Positions 33,418-44,199 of a DNA stretch of 64,000 nt are shown here, piece by piece. The stretch comes from Rebecca billardiae RCC1528 (Eukaryota > Protista > Haptophyta). A program made the position numbers and the translations under genes. The stretch is taken from positions 372,001 through 436,000 of the forward strand of contig OZ251254.1 of NCBI GenBank assembly GCA_965240325.2, given 5' to 3'. The notes under the pieces are model-generated. The model saw only the letters and a program-made list of their open reading frames with translations, did not search any database and had not been told where the DNA came from. The stretch's first letter is position 1. Each line of letters starts with the position of its first letter.

Positions 33418-34554
33418 ATGACGACGCCGGCGCAGCACGCCCACGTGGGCGTGGTGGCCGTGCCGCTCCAGATGGACGACCCGGCGGATGATGACGACGA
33501 CGCACCCTACTACTTCGGCCGCACGCAGTGGCGTTGGTCCACCCAGCCCGGCGTCGCCGAAGCGCTCGCCGCCTCGTATGCAAAGTGCCCGCACCCGACC
33601 CTCGAGGAGCGGAAGCGGCTCGCGGCGATGGCGGGCGTGGCCCCTGTGAACGTGCGCGTGTGGTTCCAGAACCGCAGGCAGCGTGACAAGCGCGCGGGCG
33701 TGCCGCCGCCCAAGCGGCGACCAGTGCCGGAGGGCGCGCCCGCGGCGGACGGTGGAGCCGGCGCACCGGCATCGGACACGGAGCCACCTCAGGCACAGGC
33801 GGCGCCGCAAGTCCATCGGCCTGCTCGGCGCGCGAAGCGGAACGAGCCGAGCAAGCATGCCGCCATGGGCGCGGCCAGCCTGAAGGCCGGCCGTGGCCGA
33901 CCAGTCCAGGCGAAGCCCATCCCGCAGGCCGCGGCGGTGGCCTCGCCGGTGAGCGCCGCCCCTGCGCTCGGCGGCGCACCCGGCGTCACGGTGCGCGTGT
34001 GCACGACGCCGAAGGGGCACTCGCAGCAGGTCGGGATGCACAGCCAGGGGGGCGCGCCGCACGGCGCCGTGGCGGCGCAGGCGCACCGTGCGGCGCAGCC
34101 CGGCGTGCCCCCTTCGACGAGCGCGTCGTACATGCTACCCACGAGCGCCCCTGCTCACCTGACGACCAACTTGCAAGGCATGCCCGTGCTGTGGGCCGGC
34201 GCTCTGAGCGGCGAGGCGGGGCACGCGCAGAGCGCGGCCGCGGGGGCTGACCTCATGCACGACACCGCCCAGCCGCTCTGGCACCCGGTGCAGCCGCCGG
34301 CGGGCGACTCGTCGCGCTACATGCTGCCGACGCTCCCGGCGCCGCTGCTGCCTAACCCCTACATGGCGCACCATCATCATCATCAGCAGCACGCGCCTTG
34401 GGACTACGCGCACATGGCGCCGACGATGCCATCGTACAACCCGCCCTCGGCCGCGGCGCAGCCGTACGCGCAGCTATACTACGAGCGCGGTGTGCCGCCG
34501 CCGACGCCGTACCACCGCCTGCAATCCGCCGACCTGCCGCCGCACCCGCATTAG
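33418..34554 (+). CDS. Homeobox transcription factor
   Basis: ALAASYAKCPHPTLEERKRLAAMAGVAPVNVRVWFQNRRQRDK, with helix-3 WFQNRR; Pro/His/Gln-rich C-terminus. Confidence 0.9.
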   Translation: MTTPAQHAHVGVVAVPLQMDDPADDDDDAPYYFGRTQWRWSTQPGVAEALAASYAKCPHPTLEERKRLAAMAGVAPVNVRVWFQNRRQRDKRAGVPPPKRRPVPEGAPAADGGAGAPASDTEPPQAQAAPQVHRPARRAKRNEPSKHAAMGAASLKAGRGRPVQAKPIPQAAAVASPVSAAPALGGAPGVTVRVCTTPKGHSQQVGMHSQGGAPHGAVAAQAHRAAQPGVPPSTSASYMLPTSAPAHLTTNLQGMPVLWAGALSGEAGHAQSAAAGADLMHDTAQPLWHPVQPPAGDSSRYMLPTLPAPLLPNPYMAHHHHHQQHAPWDYAHMAPTMPSYNPPSAAAQPYAQLYYERGVPPPTPYHRLQSADLPPHPH

Positions 34555-35350
34555 TCGGTGCGAGCGGCGGGCTCGTCGCGCCGTCGACCGGTGCGGGCGC
34601 GCGCGGGCCGGTGGCGCCCGCTAGTTCTTCCCGTGTTCCCTCTACTTCCAGACCCATCCACTTCCAGAAGCTCGCAGGCGATGCCGCTCCTCCGTGAGCC
34701 CCGCCGCCCAGCCAGCGAATATCTACACCCACCCGGCCCGCGCGAGCGCAGGCAGGGTGCCAGCCAGCAGCCGCCGCGGCCGGCTGCCGGCCTTATCCGT
34801 CGTCGCGCCTTCGCCGTTCGCGGACCTCGTGCGGCGGCATGACGACTGCGACCGTTCGGATCGGTCGGCCGTCCAGAGACTCAGTCCGAAGCCTGCAGGC
34901 CATGCCGCTCCTCTGTGAGCCCCGTGGCACTGCTAGCGTCGTGAAGTCGTTTCAACACCTGCCCCAGCGGAGCAGCGCGAGCAACACTCGTCGGCCTAAT
35001 GAATCAGGGGAGTGAGTGCAGTATCGTGACAACACGCCCCGCGTTCATGACTCACCCGTCAGGCCGTGACTTGCGTCGTGACAGGTAGGTCGTTCCGCGG
35101 AAAGCGCGGGAGGTGTCGCGATGATATGCTGTGATGAATAGTTACCAGTGCGGTCGCAGCGCGGTGATACTTTCAAGTGTTCATCACCGTTCCCGAGTGT
35201 GATTGTTAATGACTGTATCCAATCGGAGTTCACTATGATACCAGGCGGTATTTTCCGAATATTGGCGACGGTTGGGTGTTCGATGATGTCGTGATGATGA
35301 CCGAAAAGGATGAATGGCATCATCATCGTCATCTCTCATCACCACAGTAT

Positions 35351-35410
35351 GATCGGGCACTGCCGCCGACGAATCAGGAGACCCGCTTCGTCCTACCTGT
35401 GTCGTTAAAT
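35351..35410 (+). mobile_element. Short dispersed repeat, probable 3' end of a retroelement (copy 2)
   Basis: Matches 23404-23466 in inverted orientation; ends GTCGTTAAAT. Confidence 0.55.
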
Positions 35411-36437
35411 AATAGAATGAGTATGACCCATCGATGAGTTTTCCGCGGGTAGACCACAATTGGAAAATACATGCGCCCCCCGATTGCTGTATCCTCTTAC
35501 CGCAGTTCAATCTGCTTCGTATGGAAGCAGATTTGACGGCGGCCGCTGCGCGCGCTTTGCGGCCCACCCACGCGCGCCTGGGCGTTGAACACGGCTTGCG
35601 AGTGCCCATGCATGGTCTAGCTACCCTCAGACAGCCACCAGCCTAGTACTTCCAGCTTCACCGCCTCCACGATGGCAACGCGCGGCGGCGCCGAGCTGCC
35701 GTCGTGCTGGCTGGGCGCTCGACTGGCCCGCGACACCCGGCTGCACTCCTTGCAGCCGCTTCAAGCACGTGGGCGACCGACAAAGATGATTGTAGACAGT
35801 GTACATACTGCGCGCGTTACTCTGCGCGCGTTCGCATGACCGATCACGATGAAAGTGCCCACCAGCCAGCCGCGCGGGACACACTGAGGCACGGGTCGGG
35901 CTCCTTCCTTGCGGCACGCCGCACGCGGTGTGTACACCGAGTGCAAGTCAGGCAGGCGCTTCGCGGGAGTGGTGGTATCGCTTCTTCGATTGTCTTGGCG
36001 TCGATCGCAGGCGCGACGCGCGTACCCCTCGCAAGTACACCCTCCTCGTGCTCAGTGTCACTCGCGCGGAGCCCACGGTGAGGGATCTTGAGCTCGAGGT
36101 GCAGCGTACGACCCTACGGGCGCTGAGTAGCAGCCTACCGACCGGCGCACGGGTGACGACCGTCATCCATTACGTTATGATACCCCTCCCAGCCTCACGC
36201 CGCAGCCTGACGATCACCTCCGCAGCGGTTTGAGCACCATTCCAAATCTGCTTCGTGGCATGTTCAAACGCTCGTTTGGCACTCCGCCTGGACGCCGTGG
36301 CACGGGAGAAGGGGAAGGGCGGTGGCGGCGAGGCTCGGGTCATCGATGGGTATGGTCCCAAAGATGCCCCCAAGCGTGCGCGCGCCCGCTCGCGCCGTCT
36401 ACCTGCGCGCCCAGCGCACCCACGCCGCCGCCCACCC

Positions 36438-37445
36438 AAATCTGCTTCGTATCTCTTTGTTGGCCGCGGGGAAGATACGCTAGCGTATCTTCGATGGCGC
36501 CCCGGCGCGCGTGAGCTCTGACGGCGCGTAGGAGGCGCGCGCGAGGGCGGCCGCGGGCGCGATTGATGCCTGGGACCTCAACGACAACTCACATGACGAG
36601 ACATTCTCTTCTGATGCCGATGACGGCCCTCCAGAGGCGACCGCGCTCGACGACGGTCGTGATTTGGACGACTGCGGCGCTGCGCGGCGTGAGGCGGAGG
36701 AAAGCGGCGCGGCGCAGGGCTTCGAGCGGGCTGTGGCGATGGAGCAACTTATCATCGTCAACGCCATCGCCCCGAGTGCCACCGCGCTGCCGCACGCCAC
36801 GCCAGTTGCGCCAGTGCAAGCTACGCGCGGCCGCTGCGGCACGAGCCGGGGGCGTGGCCAGCAGCGCGGTGGCCGCGGTGCCTGAGCAGGGCGTTGCAGG
36901 TGCGACCAGCGCGCCGCTGCCACCGCGCGCTCGTCAACAGTTGATGGAGTCGCGAATGCCGTACGTCCCGCCGACTAGCCCGCCCTGTGTGCTGTCGCCG
37001 TGACCCCTCAATGCTGTTGGTCGTCCGACGACGAGCTGCCGAGCGCGTCGCTGAGCGTGTCGCTCAAAACGTCAGTCGTGGAGCTCTCTGACGTGCGCGG
37101 CGCTTGCTGCCCATTAAGTCAATCATGTTGGGCACCTCCTGGGGCACCTCTGGCTGAAGTCTTAGCCTCTGAGGTCTCGAACATAGCCGGCGCTAGCGTA
37201 CTACCGGCACCCTCAAAAGGAAGATACGCTAGCGTCCTTCGACTTTTGGACGGTTCCGGCGGTCGGACGGTCGCCTGCGGCACCTGACGCCCAAACCCGA
37301 GCGGGTCCCAAGGTTTTCGAGGTCGCTGAACGCATTTGCCGCTGGGGCCGAGGTCTGGAAACCAAGCGATTGCGGCGTTTTTCGCGATTTTGTGGTCGGA
37401 AGGACGCTAGCGTATCTTCGGCCAACAAAGAGATAGAAGCAGACT
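36438..37445. mobile_element. Putative ~1-kb TIR element with palindromic subterminal motifs
   Basis: TCTGCTTCGTATCTCTTTGTTGGCCG...GAAGATACGCTAGCGT at the left is inverted at ~37399-37443; no TSD found. Confidence 0.55.
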
Positions 37446-37476
37446 GCGGTAATAAGGGGATCAATAGGTGCGCAGC

Positions 37477-38262
37477 ATGGCGGCGGCCTCACGCGACCGC
37501 CTCGTCAGCCGCGCCGTCTATCGCGAGGTGGCGCGGCTGCTGCTCGCGATCGAGCGGCGCAGGCAGCTTGAGTCCGCGTCGATCGAGCGCGCCGTGCACT
37601 CGGGCGTGTGCCGGCGCAACGCGACGTCCGACGAGGCCATCCGCGCCGAGCAGCTGCTGAGCACGCATGGCGGCGACCCGGCGCTCGCACTCCGCGCCGC
37701 GCACTCGCCGTGCACGGTCGAGGGTGGCTTCGCCGCCATCCGGCAGCTCTCGGCGCACGTCGATGCGCTCGACCACTTCGTCACCACCGCGGCCTTCGTG
37801 CCCAGGCGGCGGGAGCCGCGCGCGCAGCACGTGCAGTTCCGCGTGGGCGATTTGGTCAGGCACCGCCACTTCCATCTGGAGAGCGAGCGCGGCTCGGGCG
37901 TGATCTACGGCTGGGAGCCGAGTCTGAACGCCGAGGTCGGGCGATCGGAGGAGTACGCCGGCTTCGTCGACAATCGCCGCCGCTTCTCGCCCATCGACGC
38001 CGGGCGCCAGGACGAGCCGCACTATCGGGTGCTCACGCGCGGCGGCGAGGCGCGGTGTGTCGCGCAGTCACTGCTGGAGCCGTTCGACACCACTCGGCGC
38101 GCCGAGGGCAAGCAGGGGACGGTCGTGCGGCGTGGCGCGCGGAGGCCGCCCCTCATCCAAGGCGCATCCTTCTTCTTCACGCGCGCGCGCCCGGCCGCCG
38201 ACTCGTACGAGCCCAAGCAGTGGCTGCGTGAGCTGTACCCGGACGACTGGGATGCCGATTGA
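37477..38262 (+). CDS. YccV/HspQ-like (hemimethylated DNA-binding) domain protein
   Basis: VQFRVGDLVRHRHF...GVIYGWEP...QDEPHYRVL...CVAQSLLEP...YEPKQWLRELYPDD. Confidence 0.85.
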   Translation: MAAASRDRLVSRAVYREVARLLLAIERRRQLESASIERAVHSGVCRRNATSDEAIRAEQLLSTHGGDPALALRAAHSPCTVEGGFAAIRQLSAHVDALDHFVTTAAFVPRRREPRAQHVQFRVGDLVRHRHFHLESERGSGVIYGWEPSLNAEVGRSEEYAGFVDNRRRFSPIDAGRQDEPHYRVLTRGGEARCVAQSLLEPFDTTRRAEGKQGTVVRRGARRPPLIQGASFFFTRARPAADSYEPKQWLRELYPDDWDAD

Positions 38263-38651
38263 TTCGGCCGGACTGGCAACGGCGGCCACGGTGCCCCACG
38301 CGCGCGCCCGGCCGCCGACTCGTACGAGCCCAACCAGTGGCTGCGTGAGCTGTACCCGGACGACTGGGATGCCGATTGATTCGGCCGGACTGGCAACGGC
38401 GGCCACGGTGCCCCACGCGCGCGCCCGGCCGCCGACTCGTACGAGCCCAAGCAGTGGCTGCGTGAGCTGTACCCGGACGACTGGGATGCCGATTGATTCG
38501 GCCGGACTGGCAACGGCGGCCACGGTGCCCCACGCGCGCGCCCGGCCGCCGACTCGTACGAGCCCAAGCAGTGGCTGCGTGAGCTGTACCCGGACGACTG
38601 GGATGCCGATTGATTCGGCCGGACTGGCAACGGCGGCCACGGTGCCCCACG
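38180..38651 (+). repeat. 117-bp tandem repeat x4 spanning the 3' end and stop codon of the YccV gene
   Basis: ACTCGTACGAGCCCAA recurs at 38201, 38318, 38435, 38552. Confidence 0.97.
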
Positions 38652-38699
38652 CGGCGCCGTGGGCACCGGCATCGCAGGGGAGAGACGGGGCGCGCACGC

Positions 38700-38910
38700 G
38701 CGCACGCGCGCCCGCGGTGGCGCGGGCCGCTTCTGCAGTGGGGCGCGCACGCGCGCCGGCGGTGGGGTGGGCCGCGCAGGTGGTGGCGCGCGGCCCCCGC
38801 CGTTCCGGATTGACGGGGTGCACACGGTGCCGTCACTGGCGTCACTCGACACTCGTCACTCGTCAGCGCGCGGCGCCCCGCGGCTGCGTATGCGGCCGCG
38901 CGCGCGCGCG
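38700..38910 (+). repeat. Dispersed ~200-bp GC-rich repeat; second copy inverted at ~40858-41035 in GME intron 3
   Basis: Shared blocks GGGCGCGCACGCGCGCCGGCGGTGGGG.GGGCCGCGCAGG and GCGCCCCGCGGCTGCGT.TGCGGCCGCGCGC. Confidence 0.85.
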
Positions 38911-38949
38911 CTCCGCCTCAGGCTCCGGTCACTGTCCGGGACGTCCAGC

Positions 38950-39796
38950 AGGGGTGCATTCAGACTCTCTGAGGGGGGTCGCTGGGGGGGCTCCCCCCAG
39001 CCGATCGAAGGACGACCAAATACGCCTCAATATAAGGCCCCAACTCGCCAGAATTCGCATAGCAGACCGTGTTCGCTGGTGTTGGCTGAGGGCTGCGTCG
39101 TGCGGCGTCGGCTCTGCGCCGAGCGGCCATGACGCATTGCACACAGCCCCGATATCGGCGCCTCCCTCGCGAGTCAAGACGTAGCGCAGTGCAGGATCGA
39201 GCAACGCATTGACCGCTGCGGCGCAGGCCGCCGCACCTCGTGGCGCGCTCGCGAACAAGCTCTGAGCAGCCAGCTGTGGCAGTCCTCTGAGGAGCTGCAG
39301 CCAAGCACGAGCTCGTGCGCATGCCCGTGCCAGTACGAGCTGACGGCGCGGCCCGGGGCGCGAGCAGCTCGACGCCGACAAGCTCACGCGCACGCCCGCA
39401 CCGCCGCGAGCAGCTTGCTCGAGTCGACGAGCAGCTTCTCGCCCATCGGTGACTCTCAGTGCACGAAGGTGCACCCGGGGCGCGAACGCGACAGGGTGCC
39501 GCGGCCAACCAGCGGATGCGCCCGGATCAAGGCCTCCCAAGACGTCTCATCTCCTCGCCCGCTCCGCGGAACTCCATCGTGCGGGAGACCGGTCCGGGAG
39601 GCCAAAAAAAAGTTCAGCACGATGGAGTCCTCCGCCGTGTTCGACTGTGACGACGCGTTCAAACACGTCGAGGCGTGAGAAGACGTCGATTACTTCGATG
39701 AGGACTACGTTACTTCGTCCGCCGCCCCGGAGATCTTTCGATTGGTACCCTCATCGCCCTCTGGCTCCCAGGGCGGGTTCGTCTGAATGCACCCCC
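38950..39796. mobile_element. Putative non-autonomous short-TIR DNA transposon (Harbinger/hAT-like ends)
   Basis: GGGGTGCATTCAGAC (38951-38965) inverted as GTCTGAATGCACCCC (39781-39795); subterminal CTGGGGGG...CCCCCCAG hairpin; no clean TSD. Confidence 0.55.
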
Positions 39797-40398
39797 CCCC
39801 CATCATAGGCAAGGGCCGTGCCATAGCCGGTCACTAGACATCCCCTGACCGGGGTGCTACTGCCAGTGTCAGTGACCCGGACCGTGTTCACTGACTCAGA
39901 CACTCGTGACTCGAGTGACTCGGACCGTGTCAGCTCAGGACGGCCCTCAGAGCCAGATCCGCGCCGCCACTACCCGTCGTCGATCAGTAGCGGTGTATAT
40001 ATGTAGATATCCCTGACCCGCTGCGTACCGTTGCGTCTCGGCTGCCTGGCGCCCTAGGCCTGGCTGCCCGTGAGCCGCAGGCTGCGGACCGCAGCGGCGG
40101 CACTGCTGAGACGACTGTCCCGCCCCGCGGGACTGCCCGCGCCCGCGGCCCGGTGGAGTAACCGATGAGTCCGAGACCCCGCAGAGCCCTGACCCTGTGC
40201 CGCCTGTGCGGCCCCCGAGTGGCCCGAGTAAGTCTCCGCCGAGTATGGTCCGACGAAGCGGCTGGCGCGCCGCGGTACGGCCAGCTCTGCGATGTGGCGA
40301 TGCGCCGGCGCCGCCCAGACTCGTCCCAACACTTCGACCGAGGCAAGCGGCCGAGCCGGCTGAGCCGGCGCGGAGGAGCCTGCCCGCCGGGCCTCTCT

Positions 40399-42951
40399 CT
40401 ACTTGCGCCCCATGTCGCACTCCTTGGCCATCGTCTGTGTGACCACCTTGGACGTGGCGTAGTCCTCCGTCGAGCCGCCGCCCTCCGCCTGCTCCTTCGC
40501 GATTTCTCCCTTGATCCACTCGTGCGTGCGCTGCAGCCCGTCGCGCAGCGGGATCGACGGTGCCCAGCCCAGCACCTGCTTGATGAGCGTGTTGTCCGAG
40601 TTGCGCCCGCGCACGCCCTCCGGGCCCGGGATGTGCTTGATCGGGATCTTCTTGCCGTCAAAGCCGAGCGCGATCGCCGCCATCTCGTTCATCGACACCA
40701 TCTCGTCGGAGCCGATGTTGAGCGGCTTGGCATAGTCGCTGACCATGAGGCGGATCACGCCCTGCGCGCGTGAGCGCGCGCGCGCGCGCGGGTGGGAGGG
40801 GGGTTGGGGGTGAGTGGGCAGCGTGCGGGGCGCGGCTCGGCAGCGGGCCTGGCTCTGACTGCGCGCGCGGCCGCACACGCAGCCGCGGGGCGCCGCGCTG
40901 ACGGCCCCGTGCCCCATCACCAGAACGGGGGCCGCGCAGCCGCCTGCGCGGCCCGCCCCACCGCCGGCGCGCGTGCGCGCCCTGCCTCTGCAGGCGCGGC
41001 CCGCGCCACCGCGTGCCCGCGCCACCGCGCCCGCGCGCCCGCACACGCCTCGACGCAGTCGTCGAGGGTTCGGCTTAGGGCTCGGGTGGGTTCGGGTTGG
41101 GGCCTCGCCACCGCGCGCGCGCACTCACCTCGACGCAGTCGTCGACGTAACAAAAGGAGCGAGTCTGCTTGCCGTTGCCCCACATCTCAAACTCGGTGGT
41201 GGCGGTGATCGCCTTGCGGCAGAAGGCGGCGGGCGCCTTCTCGCGCCCACCCTTCCACGTGCCCTGTTGAGCGGCAGCGGCAGCAGCAGCCGGGCGGCAG
41301 CAGCAGCCAAAAACGGGGAGAAGGGAAAAGAAGGGAAAAGGAAAATCCGTCAGAGCGCCCCCCCACCTGCAGCAGCGCCCGGCGCGCCCGGCGCGCCCAC
41401 TCCACACACACACAGAGACCGCGCACACACACACCGCAAACAGACACACGCGTGCGCGCAAGCACGCGCAAACACGCGCACTCAAAGCGCGCAAACGCAC
41501 GCGCAAACAACAAACAAACACGCCCCCGCGCGCGCGCGCGCGCGGGCAGCACCTGGGGTCCGTAAATGTTGTGGAAGCGCCCAATCCGGACCTCCATCCC
41601 GAAGTCCTGCATGTAGTGCATGAGCAGCTCCTCGGTGACGAGCTTCTCCAGGCCGTACGCGTCCTGCGGCTGCGCCGGCCACGCGTCGTCCTCCTTGAGC
41701 GCCGAGACGTTCTCCTGCGCAGCCAAGTCGAAGCCAAGTCGAAGCCGAATCGAAGACACGCAAGCCCCAGCACCAGCCGGGCGACGCGCCGCGCGCGGGG
41801 GCGCAGCGAGTGCGGGCGGGGAAGGGGCAGCACGGGTGAGCGCGGGCGCGTGGCACCGGGAGCCGCCCCCCACGCCGCGGAGCCCGCGCCGCCCGTCCCC
41901 GCCTGCCGCAGCACGCGCCGCCACGCCAGCAGTCGCCGCCCCTCCCTCGCCTCCGCAGCTTCTTTCTCCCTCCCTCCCCTCCGCAGCTTCTGAGTGCCGC
42001 GACGCGGGCAGCGCGCGGGCGTGCGAGAGCGCGCAGAGCGCCGGCGCACGGCGGCGCTCGGCGGCTCGAGGAGAGCCGGCGGGGCACGCCGCTCGCGCCA
42101 GCCGCGGCCCCGCGCCGCCGAGCGCCTCCGCACGGTCCGGGCCGCCAATGCCCGCCGCGCGTGCGCACGCCCCGCCACCCGCGGCACCGCGCCGCAGCGG
42201 CACCGCCGTGGGCGTGCCGCGGACAGCGTGGCTCGCGTCCTCTCCGCCGCCCCCGCCGCCACGGAGAGCCGGGCGCAGCGCGCGCACGCCCAGCCCCCAG
42301 GCCACCCCCGCCCCAAACCCAGTGGCCCAGCGTGTGCGGCTCACGACAGCGCGCGCGGCCCCAGCTGGGCGCGCGGCGGCGTGCAGCGTGGGCGGCGCAG
42401 AGGCCACATCCCTTGCCCGCAACCCACGCACCTCCGGAGGCCGCGCCCTCCCCTTCGCCCCCCACCCGACCCCCTCCACCGCCGCGCGTCCACCCGCCCT
42501 CGGCGCGGAGCGCGCGCGCGCTCGCGCACACCGTGAGCTGCTTGAACTCTGGGTAGATGCATGCTGACGAAGCGTACCAGAAGCGCTTGACGCCGGCGAG
42601 GCGCGCGGCCTCGGCCATGTTGAACGAGATCATCGTCGAGTTGTACAGGATCCGCGAGTGGTTCGACTGGATGAACCCCATCCCACCCATGTCCGCGGCG
42701 AGATTGAAGACCCAGTCGCAGCCGGCGACGGCGAGCTTGCAGTTCTCGACGTCGCGCAGGTCGACCTTGCAGAACTCGTCGCAGAAGTCGTCCTGCTCCA
42801 TGTACTCGTTCTCCTTCCAGTCCGCCGCGCGCACCCAGTGCCCCTCCGCCTTGAGCCGCTTCGCCAGGTGCGAGCCGATGAAGCCGCCGGCGCCCGCGAT
42901 GCAGATCTTCTTCACGTCGAATCCCTCCGTCAGCTTCGTGTTGCTCATCAT
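40399..42951 (-). CDS. GME: GDP-mannose 3,5-epimerase; exons 42951-42532, 41714-41553, 41263-41129, 40761-40399
   Basis: GAGGFIGSH, NLAADMGGMGFIQSNHS, YASSACIYPEFKQ, AWPAQPQDAYGLEK, GTWKGGREKAPAAFCRK, IPGPEGVRGRNSDN. Confidence 0.97.
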
Positions 42952-43386
42952 GATGGCGGGCGTCGCGCGGGCTCGAGGCTGTGGTGTGGAGGGGTGAGGG
43001 GGGAGGAGAGGGGCCGCGCGTGGGCGGGTGCCGCGCGCTGCGGGCGCCGTGGGCGCGCGCGCGCGCGCGCGGCGCGCATAATGACGGCGACCACGGCCAC
43101 GCACCGAAGCAGCGAGGCAGCAGGCCGGGCAACGCACGAAGCCCCGGCTGCCGATTTCCTGGTCGTCCGTCCACGCGCTCTGGGAAGGGCGAGCCTTCGC
43201 GCTTCCCAAGAGGGAACAGTCGAGAAGGCGGCGGCGTTGGGCCGGCGCCAGGGCTGCCGCAGCAAGACCACCCTTGGTTGTAGTGCCGCTCGGGAGGATG
43301 CCCGAAGATACCGCGCCAGATCGGGCGAATCAAGGCCGTTCGTCTACCCGCGATAGATAAGGCAGTGGCGGCAGCAGCAGCAGAGG

Positions 43387-44199
43387 ATGGCGCCCGCTGA
43401 CGGCCCCACGAGCACCGCCGCGATCGAGGCGCAGCAGCACCTGGACAGGCTGCGCAGCCTCGGCCTGCTCGAGCGCGCGCACACGCCCGCCGTGCGCCTC
43501 CTCGACGCCGACGCGCCCGAGCCCGACGGCTGCCGCACGCTCACCCTCCACCTCGTGCGGCACGGCCAGGGTTTCCACAATCTGCTCGGCGACGAGTACC
43601 GCCAGCGCGGCGTGCACTTCTCGTCGACGGGCGACGACTTCTCGGAGAACAACCCGTACCGTCGGCCTGAGCTGCTCGATCCGCCACTCACCGCCATCGG
43701 GCGCAAGCAGGCGCGCGCGCTGCAGTCGCACACGCGCACGCTCGGCACGCAGGCGGTCGTCGTCAGCCCGCTGGCGCGCGCCGCCAGCACCGCGCTCCTC
43801 GCGTTCGCGCATCTCGTGGGCACGAGCGTGCCGTTCCTCGCGCGGGAGGAGGCGCGTGAGCAGGCGGGCGTGCACACGTGCGACCAGCGCAACGACCTCG
43901 CCGACATCGCCATCGACTTCCCAACGGTCGACCTGGGCGCTCTGAGCTCGGAGTCGGACCCGCTGTGGCACGACACGCGGCGCGAGCCCCCGGAGGAGGT
44001 GTGCGCGCGCGCGCACGCGCTGCTGCTGTGGCTGCGCGCGCGGCCCGAGTCCGAGCTCGCCGTCGTCACGCACTCCGCGTTCCTCTTCGTCCTGCTCAAC
44101 GCCGTCGTCCAGTCGGGCAGCGTCCCTCCGGGCGAGGGCGTGCGCGCGTGGTTCGCCACGGGCGAGCTGCGCACCGTCCGGCTGGCCATCAGCCTCTGA
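43387..44199 (+). CDS. Histidine phosphatase / phosphoglycerate mutase-like protein
   Basis: LHLVRHGQGFHN, DPPLTAIGRKQA, VVSPLARA, GVHTCDQR, LAVVTHSAFL, WFATGELR. Confidence 0.93.
   Translation: MAPADGPTSTAAIEAQQHLDRLRSLGLLERAHTPAVRLLDADAPEPDGCRTLTLHLVRHGQGFHNLLGDEYRQRGVHFSSTGDDFSENNPYRRPELLDPPLTAIGRKQARALQSHTRTLGTQAVVVSPLARAASTALLAFAHLVGTSVPFLAREEAREQAGVHTCDQRNDLADIAIDFPTVDLGALSSESDPLWHDTRREPPEEVCARAHALLLWLRARPESELAVVTHSAFLFVLLNAVVQSGSVPPGEGVRAWFATGELRTVRLAISL

Noticed and set aside
23404-35410. A 12-kb TTAA-flanked giant transposon defined by the inverted 60-bp repeats
   Set aside because: The same GTCGTTAA end occurs unpaired at 50521 and ~57225, and the interval holds ordinary host genes, so independent truncated insertions are more parsimonious; not fully excluded
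38180-38651. CRISPR-like array
   Set aside because: Contiguous near-identical 117-bp units with no unique spacers, derived from the gene end; eukaryotic context and no cas genes
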